From Selaginella moellendorffii (taxonomy: Eukaryota > Plantae > Lycopodiophyta), in assembly GCF_000143415.4 (NCBI RefSeq), contig NW_003314289.1, positions 919,886-983,885 on the forward strand: 64,000 bases of DNA. Direction: 5' to 3'. The position numbers were made by a program, and so were the translations under genes. The notes under the pieces are model-generated. The model was not told the DNA's origin. It ran no database searches and saw only the letters and a program-made list of their open reading frames with translations. This document shows, piece after piece, positions 12,223 to 25,593 of the stretch. The stretch's first letter is position 1. Each line of letters begins with the position of its first letter.

Positions 12223-15200
12223 ACCACCCATAGACGAAGTTTGATGTCCTCATCGAACGGTAAACCATTTTATAAAGTAACACCCGCATGTGTTACCATT
12301 TCCATCCTTGGCCCCTAGCCAATATTTGTCAATAGTTTGACATTGAAGGCTCACCATGCCTTCTCCATATTCGTCAATGGTTCGACACCAAAGGCTTACC
12401 ATGCCTTGCCCATCCTCTAAGGAGGATAGTCTCTCCACCTTAGAGACTCACTTGACCACCTGGGGTGGTTTGCTCCTTTTTATTGGTTCAGTTCTCGCTA
12501 AACCTGTTAGAGACACCCTCTCTAACTCAATTTCACTACTCATTCTTGAGTAGTCACAGATTCCATTGATCTACCTTTGCACTTTGGAACGTTTACTCTT
12601 GACTTTTTGGAGTCAATTTCCTAGGTGTCTTTGACACCTTGGCTTGCACATTTTATGCAACTCCACTTCCCCTCCTAGGAAGTTCTCTACTCGAGGGCAC
12701 CCTCATCCTCTTTTCTATTTTTGTGCCACCATTGGCATTACATTCCATTTATCATTATTTGTGCTAGGGCTATCCACGGCCCTATCTTTTGGCTCCTTAG
12801 TTGCTCCCTCACTTGGAGCCTTTCCTTTGCCAAATTGGAGCACTTGGGAATCCGTCCTTGGAAGTCCACTTCTTTTTCCGCAATCCGTTAGCATCAAACA
12901 CATTAGTGTTCCTTGGCTAACTTTGCCATTTGGTTTCTTTCCCATGATTCCCATGGCTCTTTTCTTAGCCATTAGTCTTTTGCTCCTATCCTTGATTGTT
13001 GTACCTAACAACATCGGATCATTACCTCCATTCTCGAGGTATCTTCTTGATTCCATAGTAAAGACTTTACTTTGCCAAGTCCAAAGGGTGCTCACCCCTA
13101 GTACGTCACTTTAGCATTTCCTATTGTGGGCTCTATCCATGGCCCAACTTTTGAGACCCTCCCTTGGATCTTTCATAGAGGCCACTTTCCTCGGACTTAC
13201 TATGCCATAGCCATGACATAGCTCATTTCCCATAGGTGCTCTTCCCACTTGGTCACTTTGACCAAGCCACACCATTATCAATAGTTCAAATCAACACTTT
13301 GAACTAGGAATCATATCCTTTAACCCAAACAAAGACCTTGTCCGTGTTCAGCCACAAGATCACCTAGTAATCTCATCTTGACCCCTTAATAGATCTACCA
13401 ATAGGGACTAGGTCTTCTAGACCTTATTAAGTTGTTGACTATGACCCCGGGGGCATCCCCCACACTTGGCGGTGCGCCCAAACTAGCCCTTACGGCCAAG
13501 GATCCATAGCAACTGAGACTGGGTGTCCCCATCTCATTCACCACGTCCTTGGTGCCTTTTGCACCAAAGTGTTCAAGTTAGATATGCCGAGCTTTCACTC
13601 TAAGCAATCTAACCGTGCATCACGACTCCGAGGCATCCCTCGCTTGGCGGTGTGCCCAAACCAGTCTCCTCACTGAGAGTCCATGACCACCGAAATATGA
13701 GTGTCCTCATATTCCAAACCATCACCACGCCCTAGTGTTTTGGGACTCGAACCCAAGCACTAGAGGATCGGGACTCGAACCCAACCTCTGTATATGCATC
13801 TACGGACGGTATCACCCAGGATGCTTGGCGTGACTCCCCACGCCGGTGCACCAACTTATACTCAAAGCACGCTATAGATCACAGCTTAGGAACCTAGTTC
13901 CTCCACACTGCCAAGTCCTCTCACTTAACAAGTCTGTGATCATGCATGGACTCCTCCATGCTTGGCCCCATGGCCCACCCTTTTTGAAGTTATCACCTTC
14001 AACTAGGGTATTTGTTCCCCTGACTTGTCAATCTCGCTTGGCAAGTCCTCTGACCACTGTAACATGGTTCCTGCACAAGCGTGAAAGCCCTTGATCATCG
14101 ACTTTCATTCAAAGCCCTCTCTTTGAACACTCGGGAACTACTTCCCTAACCTTGATAGCATTGCCTCATGGCAAGCTTCAAGACCACGCTTCTGCTGTGC
14201 CACTCTGATTTCGCGCGTTCCTTGAACCATTTATGCTTGGCTTTTCTAGGTACTAAGCTACCTAGAATCGTCTTTGGGAACCTTAAAGGAACTCTGTCCC
14301 TTAGCTTGCTAAAGCCTCCCTTTTTGCAAGCTTTCCAATTACCATATAGTCTAACATGGACAATTCCATATTTCAGACTCTCCATGGCATCACGGTTGAT
14401 AGCGGCAACACTCTCGAGCCCCCACTTGATTCTCCACTACTAGCTAGCATAACCAACCTTGGTTATGTCCCTCGATTCCTATGGTTTGGTTTTATCCCCT
14501 TACTTCTTGCTTTTGGCTTCACACATTTTCTTCAGTCATTCTCCTCCAGACCAGGAGGATATCTTTGCACTTTCTATCATGCCTTAGCAAGTATTCTTAG
14601 GGATGAACCTACCCGATATCCTAGGGAGGGGTTCCTCAATCCAGGTATGCTCACCCTATAATCCCACACACCGAGATTATGTTGTTGCTTATGGGCCTTC
14701 ACATGCCTATCGCTAGCCTTGCCAAAATTCCATTTTTGGCTTTGTCCAATTCGAGTAGACAGTCTTCTTTTGTCTCCACCACCTTGGACATTTGGATAGC
14801 ACCTTGTATCCATCATTCGCTAGGGACTTAGTCCCTTGGGTTTTATCTATTGCCCTTGCGACATCAAACACCACCTCCTGGTGTTCTAGAGTGTTTGGGT
14901 GTCCCAATGATGGCTTCCTTGACAATGAGTATTTCCTTTTATGACATTGACTTACTATATCGCAACATAAGCAACTTATCCCCCATAAGGGTATATCCAA
15001 CTTCCCTATGCCATTAAGAAGGCTTGGGTAGCTACCTTCTACCCGTTTAACCAATTATTTTGCACCTTTTACTTAGTTGCCTCATAGTTGTCAAGTCCTA
15101 CAACTCATTGCTGGTGCTTCCACACCTCCATCATTATCTGGGTCACCACACTCCAACTGCATGCTCTATAGCTTAGGCTATGCCATTCCCATTTCCATTA

Positions 15201-16197
15201 GGATTCCTTTGGCAAGGGGTTCTCATGAACCCACCAACATAGCCTCAAGGTATCACACCTTGGCACATTTGGTGTCTCCACACCATCGGCTCCACGAGCC
15301 TACCTCTATGACACTTCTTCTTTGTGTCTAAGTCTTTGCCAAGACCAATACCGCTCCTTCTCATGCCAACCATCTGTTAGCACTGCACCATAAAGGTCAC
15401 CCACAACTTTGTGTCAAAGTTATTTTCTTTTGGGAACACCTTTCCCACAACTTTAGCATGGCACATTTTGCCATCGATGAGATACCCTCTATTCTCATCC
15501 TTGGATCCTATGATCCCCCCCACCCTTCGTGGGATACCACACACCTTAGTCCAAATGCTTCCATCAGTCCTTTAGGACCATTCCTTAACTCTACTTGAGT
15601 CATCCAGCAGTTTTGGACTTGGTTAATCCACAGACCCACAAGGTCCTACTTGTCCATGTAATGAGAATACCACTCATCTCTAAGTACACCCCCCAACTCC
15701 TTGGGTTGTTCCAGTATTTATTAAAGGTAGCCCCGGCTACCATTTCAAGGACTTGAGTCCTCTTCCGTATTTGACCTCCCACGGTCATTACTTTTGGTCT
15801 CACATTCATGAGCACCAACCTCAACTATATGAGGATAATCTTGTGACTCCTTTATTGCTTTGGAGTCTTTATCTTTCCCGTGATCCCAACTATAGTTGTT
15901 TACCACAACTACATTAGCCAGTTTGCTAAGTCAAACGCTCATCTGGATCACATCCTCAATTCTCTGAGGAAAACCATATACTGTTCCCAAGATCCCAAAG
16001 TCGTTCCATTATTGGCCCTTTTCTATCCACCACATCGTGCCCAAGTTCACGCATGAACTTGAGTGGAGAGCCATGTCCTCCCGACATGCTACTCCTCAAG
16101 GATAGGCCCACTCCTAGGACCTTCCGATGCCAGCATCAATGGTGATATACTTGAGCACCAATAAAAGTCGGACTAAGGAACAGCTCCGAAACCAAGT

Positions 16198-17910
16198 TGT
16201 AAGCGACTAATTTTTCCATTCTACTTCAGTCACTTAACCACACCTCCGACCACTTGGAGGAGTCTCATTCACAACCTCCATCAGTCCAATTCAGGACTTG
16301 GGACTTGCTAGCCCCAAGAATGGCATCCATGCCACTTAACACTTGCACCTGGTCCAAGTGCTCCACGTGTCCGGTCCCAAGACCGACACCCAAAGGTACC
16401 ACTGACATCTTGGCCCGTTACGTTAAGGCCATGCCCATTCACCTTTGCTGCACTAGTGGTCCAATACCACTTGCATCACCATCCCGTCTCTCCAAAACTG
16501 GGCCATCTGTCCATGAGTGGTCATCCTAGATCCACTCCTTAGCATCCTTAGGATGCCCACAGACCTGGGGAATCGCCTTCCCCAAAGTCCCTTTGTCAGT
16601 TCCTACCAAGTCCCTTTCTGCCCCTGGCCGTGTTTGCCAACACTGCCACTGGATCGAGGCCCACAGGCCCGACCACTAAGTCCCATGGTCCTCTGGGACT
16701 TCCTCACCACACGACTATGTCCTTGATCACTACCCCAGGGGACTGCTCCTCTTCCTTTCCACAGTCTAGGCCTTTGGGACAACATTTCGGAACACCGTGG
16801 CCTTACGTGAGCCACCTGGGTACTCTCCCCACCTTTCGCCTTTAGATGCTCTAGCCATGGGCTTAGAGCGAGGTTCCATTGAGCCACGCCTGGTATCCAA
16901 GTAGGTAGTGCCACCCACACTTGGACTGGGAGCATCGGCCAGTCGATCTCCCGGGGGAACTAGAGCTGGCTCTTGAACACTTCACCAAGCTACCCCGCTT
17001 GTCGGTCCATATTCACTTTAGTCTTGGACTTCCCAGTGGTCAGTTCGTCACCCAACACTAGGTCTGGCCTCCCTGGGCCAAACTGGCCTTTCCTGGCCAA
17101 ACTGGCTCCACTGCAGTCCTCCCCCTTACTATACTTTTGGAGCTCACCAAACCCCCCAAGGTCTGGGAGACGAACGCTTTGGGCTTTCACCCTCTCAGAC
17201 TTGAACTCGAACTCGGACTCGGACTCAGACTCAGTCTCAGCCTTGGCCTCGGTCTCGGTCTCTATCCCGGTCTCGGTCCCGGTCTCGGTCTCAGTCTTGG
17301 TCTCGGTCTCGGTCCCGGTCTCGGTCTCGACCTCGGACTCCATCTCGGGTCCTTCTCGGACTCCATCTCGGACTCCCCGTCTCGGCCCATCATCTCGGAC
17401 TCCGTCTCGGTCCATCTCGGACTCCATCTCAGGTCCATCTCGGACTCCGTCTCGGTCCACTTCGGACTCCATCTCGGACTCCATCTCGGGTCCATCTCGG
17501 ACTCCGTCTCGGTCCACCTCGGACTCCACTTCAGGTCCATCTCGGACTCCATATCGGACTCCATCTCGAACTCCACTTCGGATCCATCTTGGACTCCATC
17601 TCAGACTCCACTTCGGACTCCATATCGGACTCCACTTCGGGTCCATCTCGGACTCCATATCGGACTCCATCTCGGACTCTTCCACGTGTCATGTGTTGGT
17701 CCTTTTTGGGTCCCCTTTTGGAGCCTCGCTTATTGCTCGCTTCGTGCTTGTTCCTCGAGCACTTTGTTGGGAGTTCCACACCCACTCTCGACCTTTCAAG
17801 TCGGAGCTTTTAGTCCAAACGTGTTACGCTCGTTTGGCTTTCACTTCAGCCACTACCACGTGGCACCATTTCCAGCTCCACTTTGGGGCCTAGGGATTTT
17901 GTGTCTCACA
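16198..17910 (-). repeat. 5' LTR of element C
   Basis: Adjacent to the PBS on the minus strand; high identity to 10437-12222. Confidence 0.92.
17194..17678. repeat. Same minisatellite in the other C LTR, with fewer units
   Basis: Same units, shorter 6-mer tracts. Confidence 0.95.
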
Positions 17911-18529
17911 GGTAGCCTTAGAAGAGTGTTATGATAGACCTTTTGCGGGACACAGCGGAATACCCAAGACAATGGGCTTACTCAAGAGGAAATATCATTG
18001 GCCAGATATGGCTAAGGACGTCCAAGACGCAGGAGCACTGCAAAGGGTTCCAAAAGTATAGTAAGGATAGTGAGATCTAGGAATCAATCTTGAAGAAGCT
18101 CTCAAGTGGTGCTTCAAAACTGACTTGAGGTTAAGATTGAGGCCGAGGGGTCTTGGGTGGGAATGAGCATGGACTCAGGTGGTGTCGGAGGGGCCACCCA
18201 AGGAAGTGCTCAAGAGCAACTCCCACTCCCGGAAGGGAAACCGACTGCAGTGCTCCCGGCTCACGTGGAGTGGTGCCCCATTTGAGTACCTTGTAGCTCA
18301 TTGGTCCTCTCTCTTCCTAGGGGCTTGGGCCTTCCCTTCGGGATGGAAGTGGGGGTATAGAGGTACCCATACCGGGCCATTAGGCCACGGTGTTTCGCCT
18401 CGGCGTCCCAGAGCAAGTGTAGCACCCAAGACTTGGGATTTAGAGGGTCCCATGATCAAGTGTTGTTGTACCAAAGGATGTTAAAAACCTAGAGGCTTGG
18501 TGTGCTTGGCTGCTTGTGCCTGTGGGGAG

Positions 18530-18772
18530 TGTAGCCAAACCTTAAGTCTAGACTAACCCGGGAAGAGGGATTGGGAAAGATTTAGGAATCCGTGGATGAA
18601 TGGCTAACACTCCATTGGTTGTGCAGTGAGTAACTAAAACCAAGTAGGACTAAATAGGAACTCGTACAATAAGCAAGAACCTTAGTGAGGGAACTTAGTT
18701 AAAGCCAAAGTAGTGTTTGTCGAATAGATAAGGTAAGCTGACAAATTGGAAAAGAAAAATTTGTGGCTTACA
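18530..18772 (+). repeat. Right (3') LTR of element A
   Basis: TGTAGCC...GGCTTACA, preceded by purine tract GGGGAG; homologous to left LTR. Confidence 0.9.
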
Positions 18773-20964
18773 GGTTTCAAGAGTTTTGTATCAAGCTTAA
18801 AGAATTTTTGAATGATATTATTAAAAAACATATTTTTGGAAATTATATTTCTTTTATATATGTAATTGAATTTCAAAAGAGAGGCCTTCCACATTGTCAC
18901 TTTCTAGGGATTTTATCTTATGAAAACAAGATTAAAGACCGTGATGCTATTAACCAATATATAATAGCATAATTGCTTGATCCTCAAGATGAACTTAAAA
19001 TTTCTAAAATAATTACATCCCATATGATACATGGTCCATGTGGGTCTCTTTACCCTAATAGTCTTTGCATGGAAAATGGCACTTGCTCAAAAGGTTATTC
19101 ATAAAAATTTAATTATGAAACTACTTTTAGTGTTGATGGATATCTAGATTATTACAGACCTAATAATAGTCGTAATGGGTGTTATATTGATAATTGTTAG
19201 GTAGTGCCTTATAATAAATACCTTTGTAAAAAAATATAATGCCCATATTAATATTGAAATTTGTGCTACAATAAAAAGTATTAAGTATTTATTTCAATAT
19301 GTCTATAAAGGTTATGATTGTGCTACAATTGAAATCCATTTAGCAACCCAACAACTTAATAATATTTTAAATTGGGATGAAATCTCAACTTTTTTAAATA
19401 CACATTATGTATATGTTCCAAAGGCAATATGAAAACTTTTTAAATTTAAAATGCATGGTCATTCGACCCCTATAATCCGTCTTTCTATCCATCTTCCAAA
19501 TTTTCAAAATATCTATTTTATAGAAGGTTCTAAACAAATGGCACTTCAAAGAGCTACTCAAAATGGTATGATATTGATAAAATGATTTGAATTAAATATA
19601 AATGACCTAAATGCTAGACAATATACATATCCTGAAATCCCTTTATATTATACATTTAACCCTCATATTCATAACTGGCAAATTTGACATACAAGAAATG
19701 TCATTCCCCAAATGTATTATGTGTCGCCATCTAATGTTGAACTATATCATTTATTTCTTATTTTACTCCATAAAAAAAGTGCTACGTCTTTCAAAAATCT
19801 CAAGACAGTTAACAATATTTATTATGACATGTTTCAACAAGTCGCAAATGCAATGAAGCTTATAACTAATGATAACACTCATGCATTCACTGCTGTTGAT
19901 TGAGTGTTGCGAGACCTAAAAAATATATCATTACCTTTTGGTGGCATAATTGTTATCACTAGCGGGGACTTTAGATTAACACTTCCAGTCATTCCACATG
20001 GATATAGGGCACAAATTGTTTCAAGTTCTGTAAGAATGAATAAATTATGGAGATTATTTAGAAAGTTATCTTTGAAAACAAATATACAACTTACTGAAAG
20101 TGATAAATCATGGGTTGAATGGCTTCTCAAAGTTGGAAATGGTAAAATTTTTGAAAATTACCATCTTTACCTTCTAACGCCATTTTATTACATCATACAC
20201 AACTAATTTATTCATCTATTATTGATTTTGTTTACCCTTCAGTACTTGATATTTCAAACCCTTATATTGCATCCAATCAAATCATACTTACCCCACTTAA
20301 CAATGATACATTTGCAATCAACAACACTATTGTCTCTAGATTACAATGTGATACATATATCTACAAAAGCATTGATTTTGCTGATACTGAAGATCTTGAA
20401 AATTTTCCAACCAAATTCCTAAATTCTATCACACCTTCTAATCTCCCACCACATAAACTCTCTCTCAAACAAGGTGCTATTCTTATCCTCCTAAGAAATA
20501 TGTCTTCATCAGCAAGACTATGTAACAGCATATGTCTCATTCTGAAAAATGCACTACCAAATGTTTTAGATTGTGAAATTGTGATGGTGCAATTTAAAGG
20601 GATAAGAGTTTTTATCCCATGTATCACACTAATACCATCAAATACAGAAATTCCGTTCAAAATGTCTAAATGACAATTTCCAATTCGTTTGGGTTACTAC
20701 TTAACAATCTCTAAATGCCAAGGACAGACATTTGACCGAGTTGGAGTTTACTTGCCCCACCTAGTTTTCACTCATGGGCAACTTTATGTGGCTTTATCAA
20801 AATGCACATCACCACATGGACTTGGAATTAAAGTTCAAAACACCACACGCCAAGGTCACCTCCTTCCTCAAGATCCTTCTCTTTTTACAATCAACACTGT
20901 CTATAAAGAGGTTTTATATTGAACCTCTTTGTAAACCACCCAGCATTTGCTGGGCAAGTACTTG
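18773..20964 (+). mobile_element. Decayed Helitron: Rep and PIF1-helicase remnants plus 3' terminus
   Basis: Rep motif YVIEFQKRGLPHCH; HGPCG; helicase motifs PFGGIIVITSGDF, PPHKLSLK and TISKCQGQTFDRVG...HGQLYVALS; terminal hairpin CCCAGCA-TT-TGCTGGG at 20939-20954 then CTTG|T (decayed CTAG); internal deletion near 19860. Confidence 0.92.
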
Positions 20965-21009
20965 TAAATACACGTCACTTGCAAATTTAGACACTTGTAA
21001 GTGAAAGTT

Positions 21010-23845
21010 AACAAATAAGTTTCTTTAATTAGGTCAAGTATATTTGACTAGTAGTACTTAAAAATTTCATCTTTATGATCCTTTGGCCAAATGTACATAT
21101 GAAGATCAGTTTCTCAAATAGTTTGGGTGCAGATTGATAAAGGGTTTAGCAATATTGACATTTTATCATCATAGCAATAATGAAAAAATATCTGAAAGGA
21201 TTTATCAATAGATAATTTTTGATACCCACAATCACATTTGCAACACTCTCTCCCCCCTTTAAGTAGGATCAACATCCTTGTAAGTTCATACTCTAAGCTA
21301 GTCTAGACCATTGCCAAGGAAACAATTCTAGAAAAATTTTGCAATGTATATATTTTATGAGAAATATATCAACTTAAATGAGTTAAGAGGCAATGTTTTA
21401 ATTTAATGCAAATGTCCTACAACTCAAACACCTTCTGGCTCTCACCAACATAGAAATGACCAACAAAGTCAGCCATCTTTGCCATATTAAATGTTATCTA
21501 CCTTACAAAAAATGATATGCCCCTACCTATATATGACATAAAGAGAGAAATTAAAAACCTTAACCCTCTTAAAAAAACAAACCAAACCCACCGATAAAAG
21601 GCTATTATAGGTGATGTGACCAATTGATAACAATTATCCTATAAAGATTTCATCATACATACGAAGTGTCAAGGCTAGTTTACATATACTATCCCTAAAC
21701 CCAAAGATCAATAGATAGACAATCTTAAAGTCATATACAAAGATATCTTAAAGACAATAAATTATCAATAAATAAATCTTACATTAGAACACAAAAGTAT
21801 TTCAATTAAATTATCATATAATAAATCAATACAATATAGAAACCACCAAGATCACTATGGTTTAAAGTCATAGTATTAACCACCATCTCGGGTCCATCTC
21901 GGACTCCATCTCGGACTCCGTTTCGGTCCATTTTGGACTCCATCTTGGGTCCATCTCGGACTCCATCTCGGGTCCATCTCGAACTCCATCTCGGACTCCA
22001 TCTTGGTTTCAAATAAAATTTAATAGCAAGTGTATCATAAAAAAAACTCATAAATATCATCAATTGGCAAGAAAAATGCTCGTGAATATATCACCCAAAT
22101 GAAAATAACATCCCAATCTAGTAGAACCAACTGTAATAATAATTAACATTTCAGAATGAATATTGCAAAAATAAATAAACACTTATTCATAAAAATTATT
22201 GCACTAACTAGTCTCAATAGATCCCAATCAATAATATAGAGGAATTAGAGTTGTTCAAGAAAGTGTTAACAATATCTTATCAATAACTCAAATCCAAGAA
22301 ACCAATCCAAAGTAAACTATAAACAATATATGGTAATGCAGAAAGCTAAGATAATAACTAACCATTAGGAAAGATTATTGATCATTTTAACAATAGAGAT
22401 GCATAATTATCATTAAATTATAATCCACCATCTTGAAGAACAGAAAATCATTTAACATCAACAATAATTAAATAAAATCTATAATAAGGATCTTAACTAT
22501 CCAAATCATTACTAATGATTACTAAATGTACATATCAACTTTAATATTGGAACTAATGAGCTAAAATGCCTTTACTAACAACTCTTAGCAAATGAAATAA
22601 TAAACATGATAACCCAAAGAACCTAAAACTTGAAGAAGTATATAGTTAAATTTCACTTAACAATAATTATAAGTTTTTCATTAACCAACTTTAATACCAA
22701 AAGAAGAAATTATGGTACAACTCACAATACCCTTCTCAACACATCCATAATCTAAATTTTATAATGTAAAAGCTAATAGAGAGCATTATTGTATCAATCC
22801 AACAACTAAGTACATTGAAATTATACTCAACAAGTGATCACTAAACAATCCTTTATGAATCCATCTTTTAAAGCATAACGTAACTCATTTCATAACAAAT
22901 ACAAGAAAAATCATCAATAATCAATATATCATCAACTCAAATTTAATAAGAAACCAAGAATTTCAATATCAATAATTAACTCTTCCTTTTATAAAGTTAG
23001 TATAATCTATGAGTAAATCATTTTTCAAAAAAAAGATAAAACTTAATCCTTACTAAACATTCTCATCTAAAGCACAACTAATTTAACTTGCCACTCAACT
23101 CATTTGAACACCAATATAATTGCTAACTAGCAAAATGCATAAATGTTAATGACAGAAAAGTATAACCAAACTATCAATATAATCTTCATTAAGACTAATG
23201 AAACAAAATATCAATCTCTAATAGGCCCTACCAAATATTAACCACTTGAATTACCACAGATGGAAAATTTAACCTTCCAACTTTCTCCATGGAGAGATAT
23301 CTTATCTCACTATACGCAATAATGTTACAATAACTTTGATTAGGTTCTCAAAATGGTTATAATACATATAGTTTTCACCCTTTATCTTACAATAATTTAC
23401 CATAGAATAACCATGAAGTGGAAATTAAACCTTTGGCCACATATCTAAAGCACATATGGTTTTCACCTTTTCCCTATAATAGTTTATCATAGGAAAACCA
23501 TTAGATACATGAGCCAAGGGTAGTAGAGTGGAATTTAAATTTAAAGCCTTATGCTATTCAATGAATGAATGAAGCTAAACTCCCGAATATATAACTAGCG
23601 TAAGAAATTGAAACACAAAATGACTTTACGGTGTAGATTTTAATGAGCAAAGGGATAAGAGCATAGAGCGACATTAGAGTAATTCTAAAACTTTCAACAT
23701 CTCAATGCTAAATCTAATATGTAAAATAGAGCCAAATGGAATTTAATGTTCTATGGCCTATAAATACTCATAATATGAAACTTAGGCTTAGACCTAAAAT
23801 GTAAAACAAAAACAAACATGCAAGTAAGAATTAAACTATACTTAC
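21010..23845 (-). mobile_element. Old AT-eroded relic of the element B family, inverted
   Basis: Reverse complement aligns with B: PPT/LTR junction near 21245, internal B 4200-6240 at 21250-23180, and B 900-1350 at 23360-23845; boundaries approximate. Confidence 0.8.
21883..22007. repeat. Isolated tract of the element C 12-bp minisatellite
   Basis: About 10 units of CCATCTCGGACT/CCATCTCGGGT within AT-rich relic sequence. Confidence 0.9.
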
Positions 23846-24339
23846 TAGATAATTTGAAGAGTCAGTGCCAAAAGCAATATACATTGCTTCGAAATTATTG
23901 AGAGTCAAGGTCAATATTTCACATTTGTGCACTTAGGTTTGAGTTCTTCAGTAGTGCTATATTTATGAGGCTGTTGAGATCTAGGGGTAAATGGCCACTA
24001 ATCAAGTTGGCTTTATTGTTGTAGGACTTTACTCATACAAGCTAGATTCATAACTCAATTATTTCGAAACTAAATTCAATGTTAGAGGAGTGGCTAATTG
24101 AGTAAATTTACAATCTTTTGAAAAAAGAAATTGAAAGTCTAGAGAGATTAAATTTCAAACTAAAAGCTTCTTCGAATGTTATTGTTAATGTTGCTATGCC
24201 ACTGATGTGAATATTAAATTGGTATATACAACTAGCTAGAAATGGGGAGACCAGCCAAGAAACACATACTATTACTAATAGCCACGTACCATATAAAAAA
24301 ATAAACCTTTAAGCTTTATTATTATTATTTTATTTTTTC

Positions 24340-25399
24340 TTAGTAGTCTTGCTGGAGTTTTGTGCATACAGCCGTTGTTGTAGAAGTTGGACCTTCTCAT
24401 AAAACAAAAAAAAAATTAGCAAGATCTTTTTGATACCAAGAATCTAAACTTACATAGCTGGAGGCATGGTTGCTTCAATGCAGGATCTTCTTCGAGAGAG
24501 GTTGGCTGGAGCCCATAGATCATCTCACAGCTCATGTCTTCAAAATCTACAAAAACGCTGAGGGTGATCAAAGAGGAAATAAAAACATCAATCTTCTCGT
24601 ACTTGGTGTCATGGTGAGAGGCAACCCAAAGTCATTTGTGAAGAAATCCTGGGTGGGAATTTTACACATATTTACGCACATTCCAACACAGTTGCTGTTC
24701 TCTAGATACCTGGAAACGTATTTTTACATGCTTAGTTCTCTTCTTTGTAGAAATCTCACCTGCATTTAAGAATCTTCACACCGCTGTTTTGTTTCACTCC
24801 ATTCACTTCTACCTCAAACCGCTGTCAAAAAGTTTGATATAGAAAAGAACAAACTAGGATCAATTCGTGGATTTTTTTTACCTCGCAAGGTCCTACGAGC
24901 CACTGGAAAAATGGCACCGTGATCGCAGCATTGAACTCGCAAGCCCATTTAGTTGGAGGAAATAGCTTTCGAAACTATATCACAATACATCACATAGATA
25001 AAACTCGAAAAGGAAAATCTTGATAGTACCGTTTCTGGAGCTCCGGGAGGCATGATTGATAGAAGAACTTCACGAACAAGAGCTCGCTGCTCTACCGGAT
25101 TTCTTCCCTGAAGAACACCTCGCGATACATCCACGAACCCATCATATCCAGTCTTTTTGCTAGCTCTCCCTACATTAGAATTCTTTTGATCATACAAGGA
25201 CAATATAAACCATGTAAGAATCTTTATCCATACCTGTGGCATTCTCCATCTTCCTGGCAAAGAGGGACATGAAAGCTCTGTCAAAGATTGAATCCTTGTA
25301 TCGTGTCTTCTGGCCCATTGGCGCTGGCTTTCCCGACGGCTCCGCGATCTCACAGCGAATCAAGCTTCTACTATGCAGTGAAACGGAGCTCATCGCCAT
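24340..25399 (-). CDS. D27L1: DWARF27-like beta-carotene isomerase family protein (DUF4033), 7 exons, copy 1
   Basis: [71 protein letters not shown]; GT-AG introns; TAA at 24340-24342. Confidence 0.88.
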
Positions 25400-25484
25400 T
25401 CCAAAAGAACCAGAAAAAAAACTAATCTACAACCAAAACGAGAGAGCCAGCGTGTGCCAAGCACGCAACACAAAACAAAAAATC

Positions 25485-25557
25485 CGCCGCCCGTGGGGCT
25501 CGAACCCACGACCACAAGGTTAAGAGCCTTGCGCTCTACCAGCTGAGCTAGGGCGGC
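25485..25557 (-). tRNA. tRNA-Lys(CTT)
   Basis: GCCGCCCTAGCTCAGCTGGTAGAGCGCAAGGCT-CTT-AACCTTGTGGTCGTGGGTTCGAGCCCCACGGGCGGCG; full cloverleaf; T-run terminator follows. Confidence 0.97.
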
Positions 25558-25593
25558 TTTGCTTGTCAGAAAGATAAAATCCTATACTTTTGA

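Larger units (their letters stand above)
10437..17910 (-). mobile_element. LTR element C with about 1.7-1.8 kb LTRs, inserted antisense in the integrase of A
   Basis: TSD GGTAG at 10432-10436 and 17911-17915; near-identical LTRs 10437-12222 and 16198-17910; minus-strand PBS TGGTTTCGGAGC at 16194-16183; decayed internal region without recognisable RT. Confidence 0.93.
7073..18030 (+). pseudogene. Disrupted gag-pol of element A (integrase N-terminus split by element C)
   Basis: Zn-knuckle remnant YYNCGEVGYFSRECP (about 8170), protease ILIDTGAS (about 8385), RT with YIDNILIYS (9179-9640), RNase H (9671-10300), integrase Zn-finger GHSGIPKT...YHWPDM resuming at 17916; many stops and frameshifts. 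Confidence 0.93.
146..18772 (+). mobile_element. Ty3/gypsy LTR retrotransposon A (decayed), carrying nested elements B and C
   Basis: LTRs TGTA...TTACA at 146-216 + 6850-7013 (split by B) and 18530-18772; PBS after the 5' LTR; gag-PR-RT-RH-INT remnants in gypsy order. Confidence 0.93.

Noticed and set aside
11160-12318. Long ORFs resembling bacterial Ser-Asp repeat adhesins (also 16973-17934)
   Set aside because: They come from a stop-free minisatellite inside LTRs that opens most frames; no signal peptide or anchor motif, so not called as CDS.
12223-16197. Short ORFs inside element C as gag/pol
   Set aside because: No convincing gag, RT or integrase motif could be recognised by eye.
24949-25399. 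Apparent frameshift in D27-like copy 1
   Set aside because: Explained by a canonical GT-AG intron at the same position as in copy 2.
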